Below are positions 26,074-32,433 of a stretch of DNA of 33,925 nucleotides, piece by piece. The DNA is taken from contig PULY01000028.1 in the NCBI GenBank assembly GCA_003551125.1, positions 1 to 33,925 of the forward strand, in the 5' to 3' direction. Position numbers and translations under genes: made by a program. Each line of letters starts with the position of its first letter. Position 1 is the stretch's first letter. A model generated the notes under the pieces. That model saw only the letters and a list, made by a program, of their open reading frames with translations, searched no databases and was not told where the DNA came from. The DNA is from Candidatus Iainarchaeum sp. (lineage in GTDB: Archaea; B1Sed10-29).

Positions 26074-27879
26074 TTATGCTTTGTCTCTTAACCCTAGTTT
26101 TGGTTTTATTCCTATTGATTTTAATTCGTTTAATAGTAGTTTGAATGTGTAGCTCATTTTTACTTTTTCTACTTCTTTTGATCCGCATGATTCGCAGTAT
26201 GTTTCTCCTTTTATTTGGTTTTTTACTGCTATTGATCCGCATGATTCGCATACATACTGTATTGTTTCGTCGGATTCATCCATTAGTCTTTCTTGTAGAA
26301 GCATGCTTGCTCCGTGTGATATTAAACAGTCTCTTTCCATTACTCCTATTCTTAGACCTCCTTTTCTTGATCTTCCTTCTGTTGGCTGTCTTGTGAGTAT
26401 TTGAACTGGTCCTGTTGATCTTGCTCTTATTTTCTTTGATACTAAGTGTTCTAATCTTTCGTAGTAAACTACTCCTACGAATATTTTTGCTTCTATTCTT
26501 CTTCCTGTTTTTCCATCGTACATTATCTCTTTTCCAGTTGGTCTGAATCCGTGCTTTTCAAGTGTTTCCTCGAGTTTTTCCTTTGGTTCTCCTTCGAATG
26601 CTGTTCCATCGGTTTTTTCTCCCTCTATTGATGCTTTTTTGCTTCCTATCGCTTCTAGTAAGTGCCCTACTGTCATTCTTGATGGTACTGCGTGTGAGTT
26701 GAATATCATGTCTGGTTGTATTCCATTTTCACTCCATGGTAGGTCTTCTTCATCTTCTATTAGCCCTACTACTCCTTTTTGACCTGATCTTGCTGCAAAT
26801 TTATCTCCTACTAGTGGAGGCATTGTTTTTCTTGTTCTTACTTTTACCAATCTGCTTCCATTTTCATCTTCTGTTGCCATTACCCAGTCCACTTTTCCTG
26901 CTGCGTTTGGTCTTGTTGTTTTTGAATCTTCTTTTCTTTTTTCTTCCATTGGTGTTAATTCGCTTGTTTCTTCAAGGAATCTTGGTGGACTTGTTTTTCC
27001 TATTAGTACTCCTCCTGCTTCTACTTCTGTTTCTGGATTGGCTATTCCGTCTTCTCCTAAGTGAGTGTATTCTTCTTCTCCTCTGTATCCTTGTACTTCT
27101 TCGGTTGGTATTTCAAACCTATCTCTTTGTCCAGCTGCGTATCTCCTTTCTTTCGAGCTGTATGTTCTTAAATATGATCCTCTTGATAGTGCTCTTTCCA
27201 CACTTCCTTTGTTTAATATAATTGCGTCATCAATGTTATATGCTCTATATGGCATTATTGCCACTACAAAGTTTTGACCTATTGGTCTTGTTGTTAATCC
27301 TGCTTTTTCATCATATTTTGTACCTGTTAAAGGTTTTTGAGGGTAGAATAAGTAGTATCCTTGAGTATCTGTTCTTATGTTAGTTGTTGGAGAATAGAGA
27401 CCCATTGCTTGTCTCATCATAGAGTCTCCTTTTGCTGTCCTTACTGAGTGTGAGTGTTCTGGGTAAGGATTTACTGCTGAAGGTATTCCGAGTGATAGTG
27501 TTGGATGTATTTCTAGATGAGTGTGTTCTTCAGTTAATTCTTCTTCTTCCATTGCTATGTATGCGTTTTCTTCTTCTTCGGCATCTAAGTATTCTATTAT
27601 TCCATTTTTGAATAAATCTTCAAAGCTCATTTCATCTTTTTTAACTTTTTCTATATGTTCTTCGGTTAATTTAGGTTTTCCATCCTCTACAATTATCAAT
27701 GGTCTTATTGCTCTTCCTTTATCGGTGTTTATGTAAACTGAGTTATCATAATTGCTCACTGTGAGTGTTTTTGGAAGTTCTCCTCTCCTTCTTTTTCCTC
27801 TTATTTCTTCCGCTATTTCTTCAGGTTCTTCGTGAAACCCTATTAGTGATCCATCTAAGTATACACTCGCTTTATTCAT
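26074..27879 (-). CDS. rpoB1: DNA-directed RNA polymerase subunit B' (C-terminal part of split Rpo2)
   Basis: Contains GDKFAARSGQKGVVG and a C-terminal Zn ribbon CESCGS...CESCGS. 601 aa. Confidence 0.97.
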   Translation of the reverse strand: MNKASVYLDGSLIGFHEEPEEIAEEIRGKRRRGELPKTLTVSNYDNSVYINTDKGRAIRPLIIVEDGKPKLTEEHIEKVKKDEMSFEDLFKNGIIEYLDAEEEENAYIAMEEEELTEEHTHLEIHPTLSLGIPSAVNPYPEHSHSVRTAKGDSMMRQAMGLYSPTTNIRTDTQGYYLFYPQKPLTGTKYDEKAGLTTRPIGQNFVVAIMPYRAYNIDDAIILNKGSVERALSRGSYLRTYSSKERRYAAGQRDRFEIPTEEVQGYRGEEEYTHLGEDGIANPETEVEAGGVLIGKTSPPRFLEETSELTPMEEKRKEDSKTTRPNAAGKVDWVMATEDENGSRLVKVRTRKTMPPLVGDKFAARSGQKGVVGLIEDEEDLPWSENGIQPDMIFNSHAVPSRMTVGHLLEAIGSKKASIEGEKTDGTAFEGEPKEKLEETLEKHGFRPTGKEIMYDGKTGRRIEAKIFVGVVYYERLEHLVSKKIRARSTGPVQILTRQPTEGRSRKGGLRIGVMERDCLISHGASMLLQERLMDESDETIQYVCESCGSIAVKNQIKGETYCESCGSKEVEKVKMSYTFKLLLNELKSIGIKPKLGLRDKA

Positions 27880-27888
27880 TTTTACACC

Positions 27889-29382
27889 TTATTTATTTTT
27901 GGAATAGTTCTTTATTTTTTCTATATCCATTGATTCTATGATTTCTTTTATTTCTTCTTGGTCTATTTTTTCGGATGATACTGTGCATCCTGTAGCTAAA
28001 TGTTTAATTAGTCCTACGTTTCCTCCTTCTGGAGACTCTAGAGGACATAGTCTTCCGAAATGTGTTCCGTGCAGTTCTCTTGGGTCGATCATCTTTCCCT
28101 TTCCGCCTATTGGTGCTTTTACTCTTCTCAAGTGGCTTAGTTTAGCCATGTTGTTTTCGGCGTCTAGCATTTGTGATACTCCTGTTCTTCCTTTTGCCCA
28201 TTCTCCTCCTCGGAAGGCAAATCCTAATCTCTGTGAAAGTGATTCTGATCTTACCAGTGTTTTTATTTTTAATCTTCTTCCTCTTGCGCTTGTTCTATCC
28301 ACCTGGTATTTTACATCTCTTTTGAATTTGTTTATTGCTGTTCTAAATTGTTCTTTTATCAGTTCTCCAGATATTTTTATTCTTTTGTTAGCGTAATGGT
28401 CTCTGTCATCCGGCTTTCTTATTCCTTTTGCGGTTTCTATTCCTTTTTCAGCCATTCTAACTAAGTAATGTGCTTTATTCATCCATATTTCAGGGTCGTT
28501 TCCCATGTGTCTCAGTAAGTAGTTGTTTAGATGATATCTTACTCTTGATTCTCTGTATTCTGGTTTCTGTCTTTTTGCCACTCTTTTCCCTAGAGCTTCT
28601 ATTGGGTCTTCTTCCAATGATTCTTCTATTTTACTTAGATTTAGTATTACATCGTTTTGTATGTGTGGTTTATCTGAGAATGCGTTTAGTATATCGTTTT
28701 TTGTTTCTAAACCAAGTGCTCTCAATACGTACATTAGGTTTAAGTGTCTTGGGCTATTTGGGTAGTTTATTTTTAGTTCTCCTCTGTGTTTTCTTGTTAT
28801 TCTTATATTGCTTCTGTATCTTCCTTTTTGTGATCTTACCGTTGTTTGTGTTTTTGTTTTTCCATTTCTTATTTTTTTTGTACTCATTACTCTGTTTAAT
28901 GCTAGTTCTTCTACTCCTATTAATACTCTTTCTGATCCGTTGATTATGAAGTATCCTCCAGGGTCATCTGGATCTTCATTTGCTCTTATTAATTCATCAT
29001 CATTCATTTCTGAAAGGTAGCATAGATTGCTTTTTACCATTGTTGGCATTTTACCTGCAAATACTTTGTCTCTGTCGGTTTCTTCTCCTTCTTCCAGTAG
29101 TGACATATCCATGTATAATGCTGATGCGTATGTTCTATCTCTTAATCTTGCTTCGTGTGGGAGTATTTTCGTTCTTGCTCCATCTGCTTCTGTTGCCTTT
29201 GGTTTTCTTGCTTCTATTCCATGTAATTTTACTGTTACATCTTGTTTATCGGTTTCTATATCTTCCTGTTCTTTTATTATTTCATGGATTTCTTTCTCCA
29301 TGAATTCATTATATGAATCTATGTGTTGTTGTGTCAAAGGATTTTCATCTAAATAAGCTTTGGCTATTTCCCATTTGTACAA
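27889..29382 (-). CDS. rpoB2: DNA-directed RNA polymerase subunit B'' (N-terminal part of split Rpo2)
   Basis: N-terminus ...LTQQHIDSYNEFMEKEI, then DPGGYFIINGSERV. 497 aa. The only possible start after the in-frame upstream TAG is TTG (29380-29382), 7 nt after GAGGTG. Confidence 0.95.
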   Translation of the reverse strand: MYKWEIAKAYLDENPLTQQHIDSYNEFMEKEIHEIIKEQEDIETDKQDVTVKLHGIEARKPKATEADGARTKILPHEARLRDRTYASALYMDMSLLEEGEETDRDKVFAGKMPTMVKSNLCYLSEMNDDELIRANEDPDDPGGYFIINGSERVLIGVEELALNRVMSTKKIRNGKTKTQTTVRSQKGRYRSNIRITRKHRGELKINYPNSPRHLNLMYVLRALGLETKNDILNAFSDKPHIQNDVILNLSKIEESLEEDPIEALGKRVAKRQKPEYRESRVRYHLNNYLLRHMGNDPEIWMNKAHYLVRMAEKGIETAKGIRKPDDRDHYANKRIKISGELIKEQFRTAINKFKRDVKYQVDRTSARGRRLKIKTLVRSESLSQRLGFAFRGGEWAKGRTGVSQMLDAENNMAKLSHLRRVKAPIGGKGKMIDPRELHGTHFGRLCPLESPEGGNVGLIKHLATGCTVSSEKIDQEEIKEIIESMDIEKIKNYSKNK

Positions 29383-29424
29383 GATTCTGCACCTCTAGTT
29401 TTTCATATTGTTATTAATTTTATT

Positions 29425-29664
29425 TTAAGCAGGTATTACTACTCTGTAGTATTTTGTTTTTCCTGCTGTTGGACTATCTCTTGTTATTTCTATTACGTCT
29501 CCTTCCTCGGCATCTATCGCCTTTATAACTGGATCATTAGTTTTTATCTTTGGTAATTCTTTTTTTGTGATCCCGTATTTCTCTAAGATCTTTTTTGCAT
29601 CTTTTTCAGATAAAATCTCGTGTTTCGGAACTAATTCATGGTTCAGGAGTGTTTCTTTGTCCAC
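29425..29664 (-). CDS. rpoH: DNA-directed RNA polymerase subunit H (Rpo5)
   Basis: 79 aa, HELVPKHEILSEKDAKKILEKYGI...LPKIKTNDPV...GDVIEITRDSPTAG. GTG start (29662-29664), preceded by AGAGGAGAT. Confidence 0.9.
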   Translation of the reverse strand: MDKETLLNHELVPKHEILSEKDAKKILEKYGITKKELPKIKTNDPVIKAIDAEEGDVIEITRDSPTAGKTKYYRVVIPA

Positions 29665-29700
29665 TTTATCTCCTCTTCTTTTTTGTTATTCTTTGTTTTC

Positions 29701-29741
29701 CCGAGGGAATGAGAAATCTGTTTATTCATTTTAATTCTCGG
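29701..29741 (-). promoter_or_regulatory. imperfect 41-nt inverted repeat upstream of rpoH
   Basis: CCGAG/CTCGG (29701-05 / 29737-41) and AATGA/TCATT (29708-12 / 29726-30) arms. It lies between an AAAATATAATTC TATA-like element (~29750-29761) and the rpoH start. Confidence 0.3.
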
Positions 29742-29917
29742 ATAAATTTGAATTATATTTTGTTATTTCTCTTTCGGTTTAGTTTTAGTTTGGGAAGTAT
29801 TAATTGACGCGTTATTTATTTTTCTCTTTGGTGTTTTTAAGGGTTTCTGTTTTTTGTGTTTTTCATTATTTTTTCTTCTGTTTTTTATTTTTTCATCATT
29901 ATTTTTTGTGTGGGAAA

Positions 29918-29990
29918 CGTCCCGCCCGGGATTCGAACCCGAGTCCCAGCCTCGACAGGGCTGAATCCTAGGCCACTAGACTAGCGGGAC
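29918..29990 (-). tRNA. tRNA-Asp (anticodon GUC)
   Basis: The reverse complement reads GTCCCGC TA GTCT AGTGGCCTA GGAT T CAGCC CTGTCGA GGCTG GGAC TCGGG TTCGAAT CCCGG GCGGGAC G. 73 nt, with no intron and no encoded CCA. Confidence 0.9.
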
Positions 29991-30044
29991 ATATTAAGTT
30001 CTTGTTCATTTTCTTGTTTATATTGATTTCCTTAGAGTTTTGAA

Positions 30045-30149
30045 TGGGCTCGCTGAGATTTCCATTCATGAGTTAATTCACTCATTGAATTTTGAACTCA
30101 GGTCAGGAGCACCCGAAGCTCCCAGCATACCAAGCTAGCCTACGAGCCC
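30045..30149 (-). tRNA. tRNA-Pro (anticodon CGG) interrupted by a 32-nt intron in the T-loop
   Basis: The reverse complement reads GGGCTCG TA GGCT AGCTTGGTA TGCT G GGAGC TTCGGGT GCTCC TGAC CTGAG TTCAAA[ATTCAATGAGTGAATTAACTCATGAATGGAAA]T CTCAG CGAGCCC A. Removing the bracketed 32 nt gives a 73-nt cloverleaf. Confidence 0.8.
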
Positions 30150-30162
30150 ATTTTATGGTTTT

Positions 30163-30492
30163 TTAATCGAATATTGTGCCCATTCCTTGTGCTGCATTTT
30201 CTTTTTCTTCTTCTATTGCTTTTATAACTTTCTGTTTTTCATCTGCTTTCAATTCTTTTACTCCTTCGTGTTTGATTTCTTCTTCGTTTTCTTCGAAGAA
30301 TTCTTCAGGGGCATTTACGTATAGATAGCTTCCTTCTTCTTGGAAGCCTAATGATTCTGAATCTCTTAGGTCATATCCTCTTCTTTTCCATTGATTTATC
30401 TTTTTCTCATCTCCATCAAGCTCATCATCTGCTTCCAGAGATTTCTTAACTTCTCTAAGCGCTTCTGGTTTTACCATGTAAACTTTTTCCAT
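30163..30492 (-). CDS. hypothetical acidic protein with a ribosomal-stalk-like C-terminal tail (...EEEKENAAQGMGTIFD)
   Basis: 109 aa with a good SD (GGTG...ATG), highly acidic, no family recognised by eye. Its stop lies 13 nt before the tRNA-Pro 5' end. Confidence 0.6.
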   Translation of the reverse strand: MEKVYMVKPEALREVKKSLEADDELDGDEKKINQWKRRGYDLRDSESLGFQEEGSYLYVNAPEEFFEENEEEIKHEGVKELKADEKQKVIKAIEEEKENAAQGMGTIFD

Positions 30493-30587
30493 TTTTTACA
30501 CCTCTTGTAGTTTTTGTGATTTTTGTTTTTTCCGTAGAATTAGTAATATTTTCTTTCAGTTCGCGTATTATATTTATTGTGTTGAGG

Positions 30588-30597
30588 TATATAAAAA
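30588..30597 (+). promoter_or_regulatory. TATA box candidate for the deacetylase gene
   Basis: TATATAAAAA about 30 nt upstream of ATG 30626, in the divergent intergenic region. Confidence 0.3.
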
Positions 30598-30625
30598 TAT
30601 AGAGGGATTTTGAAGAGGTTTTTGA

Positions 30626-31474
30626 ATGAAGTTTTTTTATCATCCGGTATTTGAAAAACATGAAACGGGTTCAATGTGTCCCGAGAAATTCAGTAGGATA
30701 GATAAAGCTCTTTCATATCTAAAGGAAAATCACGAGGAGATAAAACCAATAAATGGAGAAGAATATATATTTAGAGTTCATTCTAAAGAATATATAGATC
30801 TTATCAGAAACCATTCCAGTATTGAAGATATATCTCAGCCTTTATCAGAAGCTTATGCTTCTAAAAAAACTTATGAAGCAGCTTGTTACGCTGCTGGAGC
30901 CTCGGTTGATGCTGCTAAATTATCTTTGAAAGGTGAATCTTCTTTCGCTCTTGTCAGGCCTCCTGGTCACCATGCTCCGTTTGGAGGTTTCTGTATATTT
31001 AATAACATTGTTATTGCTGCTGATTACTTATTGAGAAAAGATAAGAAAGTGATGGTTATTGATTTTGATGCTCATCATGGTAATGGTTCTCAGCATTTCT
31101 TGAAGGATAGAGAAAATGTTGTTTACTTTTCCACTCACGAACATCCTTTTTATCCGGGCACTGGAAAGGAATCAATAGATAATTGTTATAATTTTCCTTT
31201 GAGCTCTGGTTCTGGAGATAAAGAGTTTATTGATATAATTGATAATGAACTAAAACCTCTTTTAAATTCCTTCAATCCTGATGTGGTAGGTGTTTCAGCT
31301 GGTTTTGATTCCATGAGAGATGATCCTCTCACAAATTTAAATCTTTCTACGTTTTCTTATAATGAATTGTGTAAATCGATAAGTAAATATGTCCCTTTCT
31401 TTATCTTAGAGGGAGGATATAACCCTGAAAATGTTTTTAAAGGTGTTAAACAGATATTTGAATATTTTGATTAA
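30626..31474 (+). CDS. histone deacetylase-family (arginase/deacetylase superfamily) lysine/polyamine deacetylase
   Basis: The catalytic set is intact: RPPGHHA, GFCIFNN, DFDAHHGNG, SAGFDS and EGGY. At 282 aa it is compact. Confidence 0.9.
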   Translation: MKFFYHPVFEKHETGSMCPEKFSRIDKALSYLKENHEEIKPINGEEYIFRVHSKEYIDLIRNHSSIEDISQPLSEAYASKKTYEAACYAAGASVDAAKLSLKGESSFALVRPPGHHAPFGGFCIFNNIVIAADYLLRKDKKVMVIDFDAHHGNGSQHFLKDRENVVYFSTHEHPFYPGTGKESIDNCYNFPLSSGSGDKEFIDIIDNELKPLLNSFNPDVVGVSAGFDSMRDDPLTNLNLSTFSYNELCKSISKYVPFFILEGGYNPENVFKGVKQIFEYFD

Positions 31475-31477
31475 TAA

Positions 31478-31485
31478 TTCTTTTT
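31478..31485 (+). terminator. oligo-T tract after the deacetylase stop
   Basis: TTCTTTTT begins 4 nt after the TAA. Confidence 0.35.
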
Positions 31486-31503
31486 GAGCATATGACCGAA
31501 ACC

Positions 31504-31511
31504 TTTATAAA
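31504..31511 (+). promoter_or_regulatory. TATA box candidate (TTTATAAA) for the DUF134 operon
   Basis: Near-consensus archaeal TATA, preceded by the purine-rich CGAAACC. The predicted TSS is ~25 nt downstream, at the palindrome. Confidence 0.4.
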
Positions 31512-31532
31512 GGAAGGTGTCTACAAGAAGTA

Positions 31533-31548
31533 ATGAACATATGTTCAT
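31533..31548 (+). promoter_or_regulatory. perfect 16-bp palindrome ATGAACATATGTTCAT (candidate operator)
   Basis: Read directly from the sequence. It sits between the TATA candidate and the AGGAGAG SD of the DUF134 gene. Confidence 0.45.
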
Positions 31549-31572
31549 AATATAATTTAGGAGAGTGAAAAT

Positions 31573-32016
31573 ATGTCTAGACCAAGAAGACGTAGAAGAA
31601 TTCGAAGAAGACCTGAAAGGATGTGGTTTAAACCCAGAGGAGTGCCTCTATCAGAAATAGATAAAGTTGATCTCAATTCAGATGAAATAGAGGCGATGAG
31701 ATTGAAACATATGCAAGAAATGACACAGGAAGAAGCAGCTGAAGAAATGAATGTTTCAAGATCAACGTTTGCTAGAATAATTAAAGAAGCACATAAAAAA
31801 GTCACTGAGTTCCTAGTGAAAGGACATGCTCTTCAAATACAGGAGCGAAAATATGCTCATATGCCGAGAGAGTTCATTTGCAAGGAATGCGAATATCAAT
31901 GGAACGCTCCTTACGGGGAAGGAAGACCAAAAATATGTCCAGAATGTAAAAGTCAAGAAATTGAATTAAAAAAACCTAAATCAAGCTTATTGAATGATGA
32001 TATAGGAGGTGATTAA
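31573..32016 (+). CDS. DUF134 (UPF0251) HTH DNA-binding protein fused to a C-terminal CxxC...CxxC zinc ribbon
   Basis: RPRRRRRIRRRPERMWFKPRGVPL...LNSDEIEAMRLKHMQEMTQEEAAEEMNVSRSTFARIIKEAHKKV matches the DUF134 pattern. The C-terminus carries CKECEYQW...CPECKS. Confidence 0.85.
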   Translation: MSRPRRRRRIRRRPERMWFKPRGVPLSEIDKVDLNSDEIEAMRLKHMQEMTQEEAAEEMNVSRSTFARIIKEAHKKVTEFLVKGHALQIQERKYAHMPREFICKECEYQWNAPYGEGRPKICPECKSQEIELKKPKSSLLNDDIGGD

Positions 32017-32018
32017 AT

Positions 32019-32243
32019 ATGCCATTTGGAGATAGAACAGGACCAAGAAGAAGAGGAAAACTTACGGGAAGAGGATTAGGGTACTGTGCAGGATACAGAT
32101 CACCAGGGTACACTAAAGGAGCACCAAGAAGTAGAAGAAGGTTCGGAAGATTTGGATGTGGTATGAAGCCAAGATTTGGTAGAAGATTTGGCCGAGGTCC
32201 AAGATTCAGAGATGAAAGAATAGAAGAAATAAGAGATGATTAA
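32019..32243 (+). CDS. DUF5320-family small protein, R/G/F-rich
   Basis: The N-terminus MPFGDRTGPRRRGKLTGRGLGYCAGY matches the family signature as I remember it. The C-terminal half repeats RFG (RRFGRFG..PRFGRRFGRGPRF). The GGAGGTGAT SD lies inside the last DUF134 codons. Confidence 0.75.
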   Translation: MPFGDRTGPRRRGKLTGRGLGYCAGYRSPGYTKGAPRSRRRFGRFGCGMKPRFGRRFGRGPRFRDERIEEIRDD

Positions 32244-32245
32244 AT

Positions 32246-32426
32246 ATGTCATTAGGAAAAGGTAAAGGTAAGGGAGGTCCCCGACAAGAGATATCTTAAT
32301 AAGAGATAGTGAAGATGGTAAATATGTATGTCTGAGTTGTTTATATGAAGAGATACAAAAAAGGGGACTCCTTGCCAATATATAAAATGCTTTGAATACA
32401 GTATAGTACTAGTTGGGAAAAATTAG
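32246..32426 (+). pseudogene. frameshifted remnant of a small G/K-rich Zn-ribbon gene
   Basis: Three consecutive frames read MSLGKGKGKGGPRQEIS* / ..RDSEDGKYVCLSCLYEEIQKRGL..* / ..TPCQYIKCFEYSIVLVGKN*. Joined, they give CxxC-x-Y-x7-G-x-PC-x3-KC, with the last CxxC lost. Confidence 0.35.
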
Positions 32427-32433
32427 TGAATTA

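Noticed and set aside
26178-26250. Exact 19-nt direct repeat (ttgatccgcatgattcgca) at 26178-26196 and 26232-26250
   Set aside because: Both copies lie in frame in rpoB' and encode the two CESCGS halves of its C-terminal zinc ribbon. This is an internal coding repeat, not a mobile or regulatory element.
18167-29382. Possible inteins or large insertions in aEF2 and RNAP subunits
   Set aside because: The lengths (729, 384, 844, 601 and 497 aa) and motif spacing are normal for these proteins. No intein-like blocks were seen.
1654-29807. Dozens of plus-strand ORFs up to 329 aa (for example 9748-10611, 22441-23430, 24950-25540, 5561-6202) with F/L/S-rich products
   Set aside because: All are antisense to well-conserved minus-strand genes. 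The plus strand is T/C-rich, so stop codons are rare. The products are low-complexity with no motifs or SD sequences.
30455-30661. 68-aa minus-strand ORF spanning the divergent promoter region
   Set aside because: It overlaps the starts of both flanking genes and the A/T-rich promoter. The product is low-complexity and there is no SD.
31557-32378. Minus-strand ORFs 31557-31805 (82 aa) and 32100-32378 (92 aa)
   Set aside because: They are antisense to the well-supported DUF134 and DUF5320 genes, and have no SD or recognisable motifs.
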